64,000 nucleotides of DNA from the human T2T-CHM13v2.0 reference genome, Homo sapiens: assembly GCF_009914755.1 (NCBI RefSeq), contig NC_060925.1; one strand, written 5' to 3'. Shown in pieces: positions 62,790 through 64,000 of the stretch (position 1 is the first letter of the stretch; each line of letters begins with the position of its first letter). The notes beneath the pieces were generated by a model. That model made no database searches and had not been told where the DNA came from. It saw only the letters and a list, made by a program, of their open reading frames with translations. The translations under genes were made by a program, and so were the position numbers.

Positions 62790-63250
62790 ACTTATTCATT
62801 TATTCAAAAATATTTACTGAGGATATATTAAGTGTTAGATACTTTTCTAGGTGCTTAGAATACAACAATTAGCTAAAACAGTACCTGCTCTCATAAAGAT
62901 TACATTCCAGTTTGTGGAGACAGACATTAAACAGGTATATAGAAATGACAGAGAGAGAGAGAGAGAGATTCATTAAGTGCTATGAAGAAAAATAAAGTAG
63001 GGTAAGGAATATTAAGAATTGGAGATGGATAAATGAAGGAGGTCTGTTTCTTATGGGGTGGTAAGGGAAGGCCTTTATGATACAGTATCTTTTGAGCACA
63101 GAGATGAATGAAATGAAGAGTCTTGTAGATACCTGGAAGAAGAATATTACAGGCAGAAGACACAACATATTAAAGGCTCTGAGCAGGAAGCAAGCTGGAT
63201 GTGTTTAGGGGAACAACATAGCTGCAATGGTGTAAGCAAAGAGGAGAAAG
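62790..63250 (-). mobile_element. L2 3' fragment
   Basis: TTATTCATTTATTCAAAAATATTTACTGAG...CCTGCTCTCATAAAGATTACATTCCAG. Confidence 0.75.
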
Positions 63251-64000
63251 GCATCATTCAACTGTACTCTGAGTTTCTCTAAGCAAATGTCTCTGCCCTT
63301 TAAAGTAACTCTCTAAGTAAAACTAATTAAACCCCTTTTTTTGCTGTAACTCTCAATTTTTTTAAGAAAACAAAACATATTGCTTAATTTTCTTTAGGTC
63401 TGCTATGATTTTGCTCATTCTCTGGGTATGTAGGAGAGAGATAATGTTCACATCTCAACTGAAGTGTTGCATAGTTTTACTGGAGATCTGTTACTTTTCA
63501 TTTATTTAAAGAAAACATATGATCATTGATGGAGAAAAGAGAAAACCCACAGAAAGTTCATTGTGGATGAAATATATGGAAAAATAAGTATAGTCACGTT
63601 AGTCTACCAATTAGGAGAGCTAGGATAAATTAAAAATAAAAATAATTGTACTAAAAGTTAAAACCAGGTAAATCTAAAACTTCAGGACCCCAAAGCTACC
63701 ACTCAAAACAGCCCAATATCAACTGAAATGGATGTCCAGTCCAAAGATACATCAAAAAGTAGATGCATTCAAATAGCATTTAAGTCTAAAGCTGAGTGCT
63801 CATTTGCCAAGCAGACAGGCCATTAAAAACCTGTGGTTTTGGATGTTTTCAACTGAACTTGAATTTTCAGATGTATAAATTAGTTTACCTCCTTGGAAAG
63901 ACATGATTTCCTGTTTTGAAGAGAAATGTAGCCTTCTAAAAGCTTACTTAAAAGGTTCAAAAGGCTACTTGGGCATCAAATAACTATTAAAAACAATATT

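Overview
This 64-kb window is AT-rich, repeat-dense primate genomic DNA, most likely human or another hominoid (AluY, L1PA and LTR12C are present). It looks intergenic or deep intronic, and I could not recognise any intact host protein-coding gene. Almost all ORF-track entries come from repeats or chance. The main elements are: (1) a full-length but inactivated L1PA4-like LINE at 56431-62615 with a target-site duplication (TSD), inserted into a MIR; (2) a full-length THE1 (ERVL-MaLR) provirus at 19080-22800 whose 3' LTR is split by an antisense LTR12C (ERV9) solo LTR, with an opposite-facing solo THE1 LTR just upstream; (3) about 15 Alus, old L1M, L2 and MIR fragments, MaLR/ERV solo LTRs and hAT DNA-transposon relics. 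The most unusual things visible directly in the sequence are an Alu with an inverted 5' end (a twin-priming or template-switch signature), a fold-back hairpin at the TATA box of the THE1 3' LTR, and a 17-bp duplication in the ZNF93-target segment plus a broken YY1 site in the L1 5'UTR. There is also a CpG-retaining MEF2/NFI/AP-1/GATA motif cluster near 34.5-34.9 kb, and several splice-site-flanked unique segments (including a 7-nt microexon candidate) that may belong to a lncRNA or decayed gene. Subfamily calls come from recalled diagnostic motifs, not a database search, and boundaries of old repeats are approximate. I found no convincing evidence of a wholly new biological system.
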